The translations under genes and the position numbers were made by a program. From Candidatus Nealsonbacteria bacterium (GTDB lineage Bacteria > Patescibacteriota > Minisyncoccia > Minisyncoccales > JAGGXC01), in the NCBI GenBank assembly GCA_026396195.1, contig JAPLXH010000001.1, positions 1 through 54,827 of the forward strand: DNA of 54,827 bases, written 5' to 3'. Under the pieces are notes generated by a model. It was given only the letters and a program-made list of their open reading frames with translations, had not been told where the DNA came from and ran no database searches. Positions 25,324 through 34,607 of this stretch are shown piece by piece (the stretch's first letter is position 1; each line of letters begins with the position of its first letter).

Positions 25324-25426
25324 GAATATCGAAGCCAACCTAACCTCTTGAAGTAAAAAATATTATAAACTACTCCATTCATTAGGGGCGGAGTATCCCC
25401 TTTAGAGCAAATTCTTTTGTCCCGAT

Positions 25427-25816
25427 TTATCGGAACAAAAGAAAATTTTTAATTCTTCGGGCCATTCTTTTATATCTTGAAACCTGTTTTTGTTTATATC
25501 GGTCAATTTCTCCCTGTAATTCGTCCTTGACCTCATCAATTGCCAAATACATGTCTTCTTTAATTGATTCAGCTCTCAAACTTCTGCCGGGCAACCTTAT
25601 TTGGCATTCGGCTCGAAAAACTTTTCCTTTATGGTGATGATGAGTGGTCCTTTCCAGCTCTACCCAAGCCTCGTAAGAAGGTTTCCCTTTTTCAAAATCT
25701 TGACCTTTTTCCCCAATTCGCTGAAGAAACTTTTCCAGCTCCCCTATTTTTTTTTCAGCATAATCTTTCAGTGAGGGGGTCAAGTCAATATTGGTTGTTT
25801 TAATAATAATTTTCAT
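25427..25816 (-). CDS. hpf: ribosome hibernation promoting factor (RaiA/HPF family)
   Basis: MKIIIKTTNIDLTPSLKDYAEKKIGELEKFL is typical of the S30AE/HPF N terminus. Confidence 0.85.
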   Translation of the reverse strand: MKIIIKTTNIDLTPSLKDYAEKKIGELEKFLQRIGEKGQDFEKGKPSYEAWVELERTTHHHHKGKVFRAECQIRLPGRSLRAESIKEDMYLAIDEVKDELQGEIDRYKQKQVSRYKRMARRIKNFLLFR

Positions 25817-25849
25817 ATTGTTTTTTTGTTTGATTATTTAATTTAAAAA

Positions 25850-26719
25850 TTAAAATCCTAAATATTTGATTTCTTCTCTTAGTTCAATTTTAAATTTTTC
25901 TTTTACTTTTCTCTTTGCCAAATTAATTAAATTTAAAACATCATCGGCTTTAGCTCCGCCTAAATTGATTATAAAATTAGCGTGTTTTGAAGAAATTTGA
26001 GCTTTACCAATGATTTTTCCTTTCAGTCCGCATTTCTCAATCAGCTCACCGGCTGATTTTTGAGGAGGATTTTTAAAAACAGACCCGGCCGATGGAAAAT
26101 CTAAAGGGTGATTTTTGATTCGATAATCTAAATAACCTTTTATATCTTTTTTAATTTTGTTTTTTTCACCTTTTTTTAATTTAAAGACGGCCGAAAGAAT
26201 AATTAAATTTTCTCTTTTTTTAAAAATACTCTCTCGATATTTAAAACAACATTCATTTACTTTAAAAGCTCTGATTTTCTCGGTTTTAGCGTCATAAGCC
26301 TCTACTTCTCCTATAACATCTTTAATTTCCCCGCCAAAAGCTCCGGCATTGCCTCTTATTGCTCCGCCAACGGTTCCATAAATTCCTCTCGCCCACCCTA
26401 ATCCTGAAAGCCCTTTTTCCGCCGATTCATTGACCACTTTCGATAAAGAAACACCCGCTTCTGCAAAGACTTCAAGTCCTTTGGTCTTAAAGTTAGAATT
26501 TTGGATTTTTATAACTAATCCGTCAAATCCGTTGTCTGCAACCAAAAGATTGCTTCCTTGTCCTAAAACAAAAACTGGGATTTTCATTTTCTTTGATTCT
26601 CCTATCGCTCTGATTAATTCTTTTTTCGTTCTAGCTGTAAAAAAATATTTCGCAGCGCCTCCAATTTTAAAGGTTGTATAGGGAGCTAATTTAATATTTT
26701 TTTTAAATTTAGGAACCAT
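25850..26719 (-). CDS. murB: UDP-N-acetylenolpyruvoylglucosamine reductase
   Basis: PYTTFKIGGAAKYF, GQGSNLLV and the C-terminal SAGSVFKNP motifs. Confidence 0.9.
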   Translation of the reverse strand: MVPKFKKNIKLAPYTTFKIGGAAKYFFTARTKKELIRAIGESKKMKIPVFVLGQGSNLLVADNGFDGLVIKIQNSNFKTKGLEVFAEAGVSLSKVVNESAEKGLSGLGWARGIYGTVGGAIRGNAGAFGGEIKDVIGEVEAYDAKTEKIRAFKVNECCFKYRESIFKKRENLIILSAVFKLKKGEKNKIKKDIKGYLDYRIKNHPLDFPSAGSVFKNPPQKSAGELIEKCGLKGKIIGKAQISSKHANFIINLGGAKADDVLNLINLAKRKVKEKFKIELREEIKYLGF

Positions 26720-26741
26720 TTTTTTATTTATAACAGTTTTA

Positions 26742-26813
26742 GAAAAAAAACAAAAGGGCCGGAAGAGTTGACTCCAATTCTAAGTTTTTTAGTGAGTGCG
26801 TACCTTCCGGCCC
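26742..26813 (-). ncRNA. long GC-clamped hairpin plus U-run (terminator or short RNA) directly upstream of murB
   Basis: GGGCCGGAAG...CTTCCGGCCC (a 10-bp perfect stem, about 38-nt loop) followed by TTTTGTTTTTTTT. The loop carries CACTCACT and CTTAGAATTG, complementary to 26883-26919. Confidence 0.5.
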
Positions 26814-26840
26814 AATTTAAATTATATAAAAATTTCTTTT

Positions 26841-26919
26841 AAAAAGCAAAAGGCCTCGCTCGAGGGAGGTCTTTTGCCAACTTTAGAATTGTAATCCGAT
26901 AAATCAGATTACACTCACT
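26841..26919 (-). ncRNA. candidate small RNA of about 80 nt (5' single strand, hairpin, single strand, terminator)
   Basis: Predicted TSS lies after the promoter at 26926-26953. Hairpin GTAATCTGA-tttA-TCGGATTAC (26891-26912) and terminator GCAAAAGaCCTC-loop-GAGGcCTTTTGC plus T5 (26841-26877). Confidence 0.4.
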
Positions 26920-26925
26920 GTTTAA

Positions 26926-26953
26926 ATATTAGCAAATTTAAAAAAATTGTCAA
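26926..26953 (-). promoter_or_regulatory. TTGACA-N16-TAATAT promoter
   Basis: Complement of 26948-26953 (-35) and 26926-26931 (-10). The -35 overlaps the end of the tandem repeat. Confidence 0.45.
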
Positions 26954-26992
26954 GGGCAACCTTGATCTTTACAAGGGCAACCTTGATCTTTA
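26951..26992. repeat. perfect 2 x 21-nt tandem repeat, each unit a CAAGG-GCAA-CCTTG hairpin
   Basis: caagggcaaccttgatcttta occurs at 26951-26971 and 26972-26992. The second unit contains the stop codon of the 26990-29089 gene. Confidence 0.9.
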
Positions 26993-29089
26993 TATTGATT
27001 TTAAAATAGGCTCAATATCTGTCCGCCAATCAGGATTAATTTTAAGGGCCTCATCAACTCTTTCTTGAACAAAACTCGTATTGCCGGTTACCCTTGCTAT
27101 TATTTGAGCGATTTGAATTGCTACTAAGTGAGATCTTTCGGCTCTAGGCTCTAAGTCTATGGCTTTTTTAGCTAAAGACATAGCTTCTTCGGGTTTATTT
27201 TTAAAAAGCTCTGTTTGAGCTAAAGCCCAGTAACCCTGTTGATTACCAGGCCCTATTTCTATTGCTTTTTTTAAAACCTCTTCTGACAAGTCAAACTTGG
27301 AGGAATCGAAACGTCCGTAAATATTATAAAGCCTGCCGAGAGATAAATAAGAAGTATAGAGTAGGGGTTGTTCTTTAATATTTTCTTTCATTGCGTCAAT
27401 TGCAAAATCAAGCTCCTTTTTTTGATAATCTTCCGGAACCTGTTGGGATAATTCTTGCTGGGAAAGCATTGATGCATATTGGGTAAAGGTTTCTCTTATT
27501 TCTTTTCTACCCAAGGAAGAAATAGCTAATGTTTTTTTATAAAGAGATACTCTTTCGTCAATATTTGAAGATTTAAGAGCCACTACCGTATAATTATCGG
27601 CCCTTAAAGGTTGAATAACAAAATTAAAAAAAGAAAAACAAAAAACAACAAAAATAATTAATATAATAAGAGGATTAGGAGGGATTAATTTTTTTTCAAA
27701 ATCTTTTTTTCTTTCAGAGGCAACACTTCCTATAAAACCTAAAATTAAAAAAAACATTACCAGACTGTTCACCATATCAAAAACAGTAAGATTTTGAATA
27801 AAATAAGCAATTAAAGCCGCAGAAAATATTACTGCAATTGAAAAATCAACTCTTTCGGTAAAATATTTTTTCCAAGATACATAAAAAACTGCGCCTAAGA
27901 TTCCAAGATAGCTAAAAAATCCGATAATACCGTTAGAAACCAATAAATCAACCACAATATTATGGGCTCGGTCATACCACAAATCAGCTCCGGCTTCCGG
28001 TAATAACATTTTAGGATTAAAATTTTTAAAATAAGCATAATGAAAATTCTCCGGACCCCAGCCTAACAATGGTTTCTCTAGCCAAGCGTTCCAGCCTGTT
28101 TCCCAAACATATAATCTTGCCTTAGCGGAAAGACCGACTTTTTCAAGTAAAAACTTTTGAACAAAATTATCTTGCAATTGGATTGAAAAAAATAAAACCA
28201 CAGCAAAACTTAAAGAAGTGACCGTCAAAATAATAATCGCAGCTATTTTTAAAATTCCTTTTTCATAAAAAATAATTTTTAATAAAAAGATAAGAATCAT
28301 TCCGCAAAAAAAAGCAATAGCTGCCGCTCGACCGGTACTTAAAAGTAAGCACAAAACAAGAAAAATAAAGCTTGCCGGATAAAAAATATCAAATTCTTTT
28401 ATTTTAATAAAAGAAAAAAAAGATTCATTTTGAAAGTTATGATTTTTTTTTCCTATATTAATAACAAAAAGATATAGGGCAAAAAAAGCGTTAAACATTA
28501 AATAAGTAGCCAGAAAAGAACTGTTTCCCAGAGTAGCCCCTCCTCGAGTGCCCAAACCCATTTTTTCAAGAGGATTAATCTTGGTTTGGCCTAAAAGCAT
28601 TAAAAAACCTATTAAGATAGAAACCATTATCGAAAATTCAAAAATTCTAAACCAGTCCTTTCTTTTAAAAACAGAAGAAACAACTATGAAAAAAGTAAAA
28701 AGATGAAACCACATTAAAAGACCCGTCATTCTTTCGTATTTTGACCAAAAACTCTGAGAAAAATCCGCTCCGAAAACAGAGGAAACAATAGAGGCAATTA
28801 TAAATACAATTATAGCTATTAATAAAATATTTAATTTCGGCCTATATTTAGGATAGAAAATCGCTAAAATTACATAAAAAAGAAAAATTATTTCGCTTAA
28901 ACCAAAAAAATAAAGACTTTTAGGCCCTACAAAAGGAAAAAAGAATTTGCCCGATAAAATGATGGGGGTAAATAATATCAAATATGTGCCTATTTTTATG
29001 ATAAATAAGCACATTCTTTCTAGTAATTTTCCTAAAAAAACAGAATAAGAATCAATTTTTAATTCTTTTATATTATTAAATTTATTCAT
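26990..29089 (-). CDS. O-antigen ligase (Wzy_C)-like polytopic membrane protein with C-terminal TPR repeats
   Basis: About 12 TM helices with a large loop, then a soluble tail with TPR-like repeats (GYWALAQTELFKNKPEEAMSLAKKAIDLEP). Confidence 0.7.
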   Translation of the reverse strand: MNKFNNIKELKIDSYSVFLGKLLERMCLFIIKIGTYLILFTPIILSGKFFFPFVGPKSLYFFGLSEIIFLFYVILAIFYPKYRPKLNILLIAIIVFIIASIVSSVFGADFSQSFWSKYERMTGLLMWFHLFTFFIVVSSVFKRKDWFRIFEFSIMVSILIGFLMLLGQTKINPLEKMGLGTRGGATLGNSSFLATYLMFNAFFALYLFVINIGKKNHNFQNESFFSFIKIKEFDIFYPASFIFLVLCLLLSTGRAAAIAFFCGMILIFLLKIIFYEKGILKIAAIIILTVTSLSFAVVLFFSIQLQDNFVQKFLLEKVGLSAKARLYVWETGWNAWLEKPLLGWGPENFHYAYFKNFNPKMLLPEAGADLWYDRAHNIVVDLLVSNGIIGFFSYLGILGAVFYVSWKKYFTERVDFSIAVIFSAALIAYFIQNLTVFDMVNSLVMFFLILGFIGSVASERKKDFEKKLIPPNPLIILIIFVVFCFSFFNFVIQPLRADNYTVVALKSSNIDERVSLYKKTLAISSLGRKEIRETFTQYASMLSQQELSQQVPEDYQKKELDFAIDAMKENIKEQPLLYTSYLSLGRLYNIYGRFDSSKFDLSEEVLKKAIEIGPGNQQGYWALAQTELFKNKPEEAMSLAKKAIDLEPRAERSHLVAIQIAQIIARVTGNTSFVQERVDEALKINPDWRTDIEPILKSI

Positions 29090-29144
29090 AAATGAAATTT
29101 AAATGATACTTAATATTATACAAAAATAATACAAAAATCAAGAT

Positions 29145-31010
29145 TTAAAGGTTTTCGAAATAAGGAATCAATTTTTTAAAAACTGCCAGGACTGCTTCTT
29201 TTTTTCTTTCTTTTGCGGCAACCTCCAGCTCCTTTAGGCTGTTTTCTAATTTTTCTTCGTTAACTTCAGAAAGTTTAGCGCTAAAAATATTCTGATTTTT
29301 AGTTACCAAAACACCTTCTTCGGCGGTTAAAATTTCTTCAAAAAGTTTTTCTCCAGGCCGAGGTTTTGTAAAAACAATGTGAATATCTTTGTCGGGTTCT
29401 AGGCCGGACAAACGAATTAAATCTTTGGCTAAGTTTAAAATTTTAATCGGTTTTCCCATGTCTAAAACAAATACTTCTCCTCCTTGACCCATTTCCGCCG
29501 CCTGCATTACCAAAAGACAAGCCTCTGAAATCAGCATGAAATACCTCTTCATTTCCGGATGGGTAACTTCAATTGGCCCTCCCTTTTTAATCTGTTCTTT
29601 AAAAATAGGAATAACGCTTCCCCTGCTATCTAAAACGTTGCCAAATCTTACTGATATAAATTTAGTAACGCCTTTTTTGTTTAAAAATTGGCAAACCATT
29701 TCCCCTATTCTTTTGGTGGCGCCCATCACAGAAGAAGGTTTTACGGCCTTATCGCTGGATATAAAAATAAATTTTTCCAATCCATACTTCATTGCCGCCT
29801 CTGCAACTGTCTTTGTTCCAAAAATATTATTTTTAACTGCTTCGTCCGGATGTTCCTCCATCAAATGAACGTGCTTGTAAGCAGCAGCGTGAAATAAAAC
29901 CTGAGGTTGAAATTTTTTGAAAAGATAATCAATTTTATCATTATCTTGAATATCGGCAATTTCAGCTGAAAAATTAAGGCTAGGAAACTTACCTCTTAAT
30001 TGTTCTGAAATATTAAAAATACCTGTTTCGTCCTGATCAAGCAAAATAATCAATGCGGGATTAAATTTTGCAATCTGCCTAGATAATTCAGAACCAATGG
30101 AACCGGCAGCTCCGGTAATTAAAATTTTTTTATTTTTTATAAAATTTTCAATTAAAGAAAGGTCTAAAAAAACAGGCTCCCTTTGAAGCAAGTACTCAAC
30201 CTTCAATTCTTTTAAGTCGGCTAAAGAAATTTGACCGTCGATGATTTCGGCAACAGAAGGAATTATTTTAATTTTCTTAATACCGGATTCTCTGCTTTTT
30301 TCTACCGCTTTTTTAATAACACTTGATCCGACAGAAGATAAAGCAATAATTATATTTTTTATTTGATTTTCTTTAACTATCTTAGGGATATCATCGATTC
30401 TCCCTAAAACTTTCAATCCGTGGATGGTAACCCCTTGTTTTATATCATTGTCGTCGATAAAACCAACCGGATAAAAAAAACTGGATTTTAAAATTAAAAT
30501 ACTTCTTGCAATTTGTTCTCCCGCATCACCGGCTCCAACAATCAGAGTTTTTTCTTTTAATTCAGAAAATTTTCTTTCAAAAATTTGCAAATAAACTCTT
30601 TTTGCAAAACGAATTCCTCCGCAAAATAAAATTATCAAAAAAAAGCTCACAACAAAAGTAGAGCGGGGAAAACCATAAAAAATAGCTTTATCTTTAAATA
30701 TAAAAAAAATTGCGCCTAAAATAGAAAATCCTACAATAGAAGACTTAGCTAAAGATATAAGCTCTTCGGCGCTAACAAAAGACCAAGAAAAAGAATAAAG
30801 CTTATTAAAATTAAAAATCGGAATTAAGAAAAATAAAGCCAAAACGGCCATTATTATGATAGCTCCAAAGTATTGACCAGGTATTTCAGCTTCAAATCTT
30901 AAAAAAAATGACAGATAAACAGCCAAGGGTATCAAGAATAAATCATTTAATAGAAAAAAAATCTTTCTAGTGGTTGGCGTTCTTTTTATTTTTTTCAATA
31001 ATTCCTTCAT
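29145..31010 (-). CDS. polysaccharide biosynthesis protein CapD/PglF/WbpM type (membrane-anchored NDP-HexNAc 4,6-dehydratase)
   Basis: Four N-terminal TM helices, two Rossmann motifs (VGAGDAGEQ, ITGAAGSIGSEL), and a catalytic region MGATKRIGE. Confidence 0.85.
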   Translation of the reverse strand: MKELLKKIKRTPTTRKIFFLLNDLFLIPLAVYLSFFLRFEAEIPGQYFGAIIIMAVLALFFLIPIFNFNKLYSFSWSFVSAEELISLAKSSIVGFSILGAIFFIFKDKAIFYGFPRSTFVVSFFLIILFCGGIRFAKRVYLQIFERKFSELKEKTLIVGAGDAGEQIARSILILKSSFFYPVGFIDDNDIKQGVTIHGLKVLGRIDDIPKIVKENQIKNIIIALSSVGSSVIKKAVEKSRESGIKKIKIIPSVAEIIDGQISLADLKELKVEYLLQREPVFLDLSLIENFIKNKKILITGAAGSIGSELSRQIAKFNPALIILLDQDETGIFNISEQLRGKFPSLNFSAEIADIQDNDKIDYLFKKFQPQVLFHAAAYKHVHLMEEHPDEAVKNNIFGTKTVAEAAMKYGLEKFIFISSDKAVKPSSVMGATKRIGEMVCQFLNKKGVTKFISVRFGNVLDSRGSVIPIFKEQIKKGGPIEVTHPEMKRYFMLISEACLLVMQAAEMGQGGEVFVLDMGKPIKILNLAKDLIRLSGLEPDKDIHIVFTKPRPGEKLFEEILTAEEGVLVTKNQNIFSAKLSEVNEEKLENSLKELEVAAKERKKEAVLAVFKKLIPYFENL

Positions 31011-31012
31011 TT

Positions 31013-32164
31013 TTAATTTTTATTAAAAAAATTTTTAATACAAGTTATTACGTATTCTGTTTGTTCATTCGTTAACTCGGGATATATCGGCAAAGATATA
31101 ACTTCTTTCGAAATTTGGTCTGTTTTTTGAAGATTAAAAGAGTGTAAGTTTGCCAATGACTCTTGGCGAAAATTCGGAATACCCCACTTAACAAGAATCT
31201 CTACTCCATTTTCTTCCAGATGCTTAATTAATAAGTCGCGTTTTTTAGTTCTAATAACATAATTCTGAAAAACATCAAAATAAGGACCTTCTTCCGTGGG
31301 AGGAGGTGGTAAAATTAAATCCCCCACTCCGAATAATTGCTTGTTATAAAAATTAGCAATTTCCCTTCTTCTTTTTATCCAGCCGGAAAAATATTTAAAT
31401 TTTACGTTCAAAAAAGCCGCCTGTAAGTTGTCTAAGATTGTATTGAAGCCATAAAAAGAAATTATACTGTTTTTGCTTTTCTTCTGCTCATCGGTCTTTA
31501 AATAAGACGGAGTTTCTCCATGATCTCTTAAAAGATAAAGTTTTTCGGCTAAATCTCTGTCGTCAACACACAGCATTCCTCCTTCTCCATAAGAACCTAA
31601 AATTTTTGCCGGATAAAAACTAAAGCAAGAGGTTTTACCGAAGGAGCCTACTGGTTGATTTTTATATCTGGCTCCCAAAGACTGGGCAGCGTCTTCAATT
31701 ATAATAAGGTTATGTCTTTTAGCAATATCCATAATCTTGTCCATCTCACAACAACGGCCATTGAGATGAACGGGAATTATGGCTTTGGTATTTTCTGTAA
31801 TTGCCGACTCTATTAACTCGGGATTCATATTAAAATCATCTCTGATATCGATTAAAACCGGCTTAGCGCCACAATGAACAATAACATCTATCGTAGCTAT
31901 ATAAGTATGGTCTACTGTAATTACCTCGTCTCCCGGCCCAATATTGTTGGCATATAAAGATAAAAATAAAGCACCCGTACAACTATCTGTTCCAACACCA
32001 TATTTTTTACCAACATAATCAGCAATATCTTTTTCGAGCTTCACTAAATCAGAACGATAAATTAAATCACCCGATTCCATTATTCTTTTAAAAACCGCGT
32101 CTATTTCTTTCTTTATTTTTTGATATTGAAGAGGATAATTTATAAAAGGAACCTTATAATTCAT
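31013..32164 (-). CDS. DegT/DnrJ/EryC1/StrS family sugar aminotransferase
   Basis: Family length and pattern, including SFYPAKILGSYGEGG (PLP lysine). Confidence 0.85.
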   Translation of the reverse strand: MNYKVPFINYPLQYQKIKKEIDAVFKRIMESGDLIYRSDLVKLEKDIADYVGKKYGVGTDSCTGALFLSLYANNIGPGDEVITVDHTYIATIDVIVHCGAKPVLIDIRDDFNMNPELIESAITENTKAIIPVHLNGRCCEMDKIMDIAKRHNLIIIEDAAQSLGARYKNQPVGSFGKTSCFSFYPAKILGSYGEGGMLCVDDRDLAEKLYLLRDHGETPSYLKTDEQKKSKNSIISFYGFNTILDNLQAAFLNVKFKYFSGWIKRRREIANFYNKQLFGVGDLILPPPPTEEGPYFDVFQNYVIRTKKRDLLIKHLEENGVEILVKWGIPNFRQESLANLHSFNLQKTDQISKEVISLPIYPELTNEQTEYVITCIKNFFNKN

Positions 32165-33093
32165 ATTTTTTTAATTTTTTCTTTATATTTTAAAATTTGG
32201 TTCACTATTTCTTCTGGAACAAAACCGTATTTCTGATGAAGATATTTAGTATCTCCTATTTCCAATGAATATTCGTCGGGTATTCCAATTATTTTGAAAA
32301 AACCTAAATAATCAGATTCTGCTAAAATTTCAGCCACTGCGGCCCCCAAACCACCCACAACACTATGTTCTTCCAGGGTAAATATTATTTTTTTATCTTT
32401 TATTTCTTCCAATAAAATTTTTTTATCTATCGGTTTAAGAGTATGGATACTTATTAATTTAAAATTGTAACCGAATTTTTCTAATTTATTAACCACGTCT
32501 CTCCCAACTTTCAAAAGAACGCCGGTAGTAATTATGGCCCCATCTTTTCCATTTTTTAAAATTGACGGCTTTCCTATGATAATATTGGGATTAAAATCAT
32601 ATAATGTCTCTTCTCCTTTTTTATTTAATCTAATGTAAGTTGGATTTTTTGTTTGATAAGATTTTAAAACCAATTCTTTCGTTTCTATGGGATCAGCGGG
32701 ACAAAGAACGGTCATATTCGGTAATGCCCTTAAAATAGCTAAATCTTCAATGGCATAATGGGTAACCCCTAAATTTCCATAAGTAACTCCTCCCCCTATT
32801 CCCACTATCTTTACGTCTAATTTTTGATAACAAACGTCATTCCTGACTTGTTCAAAACATCTCATTGTTACAAAAGGTATTATTGAATAAACATACGGTT
32901 TTTTTCCGGAAAGAGCCAGTCCGGCAGCTACGCCCATCATATTTTGCTCGGCCACTCCGCAGTTAATAAAGCGTTCTGGAAATTTTTCTATAAAATCCTC
33001 TAAAACAGAATAGCCCAGATCTCCCGTTAGAAAATAAATGTTTTTATCTTTTTCAGCCAATTCAACTAAAGTTTTAATAAATATTGTTCTCAT
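32161..33093 (-). CDS. transketolase, C-terminal subunit (Pyr and C-terminal domains)
   Basis: NCGVAEQNMMGVAAGLALSGKKPYV, full length of about 310 aa. Paired with 33096-33920. Confidence 0.85.
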   Translation of the reverse strand: MRTIFIKTLVELAEKDKNIYFLTGDLGYSVLEDFIEKFPERFINCGVAEQNMMGVAAGLALSGKKPYVYSIIPFVTMRCFEQVRNDVCYQKLDVKIVGIGGGVTYGNLGVTHYAIEDLAILRALPNMTVLCPADPIETKELVLKSYQTKNPTYIRLNKKGEETLYDFNPNIIIGKPSILKNGKDGAIITTGVLLKVGRDVVNKLEKFGYNFKLISIHTLKPIDKKILLEEIKDKKIIFTLEEHSVVGGLGAAVAEILAESDYLGFFKIIGIPDEYSLEIGDTKYLHQKYGFVPEEIVNQILKYKEKIKKI

Positions 33094-33095
33094 TT

Positions 33096-33920
33096 TTAAT
33101 CTAATTCTTTTAAAGCTTTTTTGTAATCTTCTTTGTTTAAATTTTTATAATGCCATTCTAGTTTATCTTCCATGAAAGAAATTCCTTTGCCTTTTACGGT
33201 GTTGGCAATCAATAAACTGGGCTTATTCTTTTCGAACGGAATTTTAGAAAAAGCATTTTGAATCTCAGAAAAATTATGCCCATTTATTTCTTTTACTTGC
33301 CAACCAAAAGCCAGCCATTTGTCTCGAAGCGGCTCCAGGGCCGTTATTTCGTTCGTTCTGCCGAAGGCTTGAAGTTTATTATAGTCAACAATTCCAATCA
33401 AATTATCTAATTTGTGATGGCTTGCAAACATCGCCGCCTCCCAAACTGAACCTTCTTCGCATTCGCCGTCTGACATTAAAACAAAAACCCTGTAATTTCT
33501 CAAATCTTTTTTCGCAGCAATGGCTATCCCAGCTCCCATGGAAAGACCGTGACCCAAAGAACCGGTTGATGCTTCTATACCCGGAACAGAATATTTGGTG
33601 GAATGGCCGGGCAATTTACTTCCGTCTTTACAGTAAGTATCTAAAATTTCTATCGGAAAAAAACCTCTTTGGCTAAGAACGGCGTAAAGGGCGGCTACCG
33701 CATGCCCCTTGCTTAAAATAAACCTGTCCCTATTTTCATCTAAAGGCTTTTTAACGTCTATAGAAAGCGTTTTAAAATAAAGAACAGATAAAATATCGAC
33801 AACAGAAAGACAGGAACCGAGATGGGCGGTCTGAGACTCGAAAAACATTTTTAAAATATTTCTACGGACATTTTTGGAAATTTGATTATAATCCATTTTT
33901 TCCAATTTAAAAAAATTCAA
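33096..33920 (-). CDS. transketolase, N-terminal (TPP-binding) subunit
   Basis: AHLGSCLS, LSKGHA and GSLGHGLSMGAGIA...SDGECEEG motifs. Confidence 0.85.
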   Translation of the reverse strand: MNFFKLEKMDYNQISKNVRRNILKMFFESQTAHLGSCLSVVDILSVLYFKTLSIDVKKPLDENRDRFILSKGHAVAALYAVLSQRGFFPIEILDTYCKDGSKLPGHSTKYSVPGIEASTGSLGHGLSMGAGIAIAAKKDLRNYRVFVLMSDGECEEGSVWEAAMFASHHKLDNLIGIVDYNKLQAFGRTNEITALEPLRDKWLAFGWQVKEINGHNFSEIQNAFSKIPFEKNKPSLLIANTVKGKGISFMEDKLEWHYKNLNKEDYKKALKELD

Positions 33921-34013
33921 GAAGTATTTAAATCTATCTATTTTAAATTAATTTTTAAAAAAAATCAAAAAGAAATAAATTACAGCCGAATATTTTTTTA
34001 CCTATGAACCGAC

Positions 34014-34607
34014 TTAAAACAAGGCTGATTTTAAAGTTTTAAGTATTATTTTAATATCAAGCCAAAAATTTCTTCTTCGGATATATTCTTTCGCTAATTT
34101 TAATTTATTTGGTTGAATAAACAATCTGTAAGTCTCGTGGGGATCTTTTGCCCCTCTTAAGATTTCTCCTTCGTGAACATTTTCTAGGGTTGCCAAATCT
34201 GTTATTCCCGGCTTTACACTCAAAATTATCTTTTTTGTTTCTTCGTCATACAAAGAAACTTCGGAAGGCACTTCCGGCCTAGGACCGACAAAACTCATTT
34301 CTCCCTTTAATACATTTATCAATTGAGGCAATTCGTCTAAATTATGTCTTTTTAAAAATTTCCCGATTTTTAAAAGCCTTGCGTCGTCGGCCGAAGTTGA
34401 AGGTCCCCCAATTTTATCGGCATTCATTACCATTGAACGGAACTTGAATATCTTAAAAATCTTTCCGTCCTTTCCCATTCTTTGGCCGAGATAAAAAGCA
34501 GATCCAGGAGATTCTCTCTTTATCAAAATGGCAATAATTAAAATAAACGGAGAGACAAAAATTAATCCCAATAAGGAAAATATAATATCAAATAATCTTT
34601 TAAACAT
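34014..34607 (-). CDS. undecaprenyl-phosphate sugar-phosphate transferase (Bac_transf, PglC/WbaP-like)
   Basis: One TM helix followed by DELPQLINVLKGEMSFVGPRPE and KPGITD. Confidence 0.85.
   Translation of the reverse strand: MFKRLFDIIFSLLGLIFVSPFILIIAILIKRESPGSAFYLGQRMGKDGKIFKIFKFRSMVMNADKIGGPSTSADDARLLKIGKFLKRHNLDELPQLINVLKGEMSFVGPRPEVPSEVSLYDEETKKIILSVKPGITDLATLENVHEGEILRGAKDPHETYRLFIQPNKLKLAKEYIRRRNFWLDIKIILKTLKSALF

Noticed and set aside
24994-25338. 114-aa minus-strand ORF between secA and hpf
   Set aside because: It would read straight through the strong bidirectional terminator at 25294-25323. It is low-complexity and lacks an RBS. The plus-strand 68-aa ORF is the less unlikely reading, and it too is uncertain.
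26756-26813. SRP (4.5S) RNA, suggested by GGGCCGGAAGG resembling the helix-8 GGUCCGGAAGGAAGCAGCC motif
   Set aside because: The flanks around a GGAA tetraloop are not complementary (A-rich against A-rich). The 10-bp GGGCCGGAAG/CTTCCGGCCC pairing, which is incompatible with the SRP fold, is far more stable.
26951-26992. Mini CRISPR-like repeat
   Set aside because: There are only two directly abutting 21-nt units with no spacer. It is a tandem duplication.
32161-33920. First transketolase pair as an exotic glycan-tailoring enzyme
   Set aside because: Both subunits are full length with canonical motifs. A plain transketolase supplying sedoheptulose-7-phosphate to the adjacent heptose pathway, or serving general pentose-phosphate metabolism, is the simpler reading.
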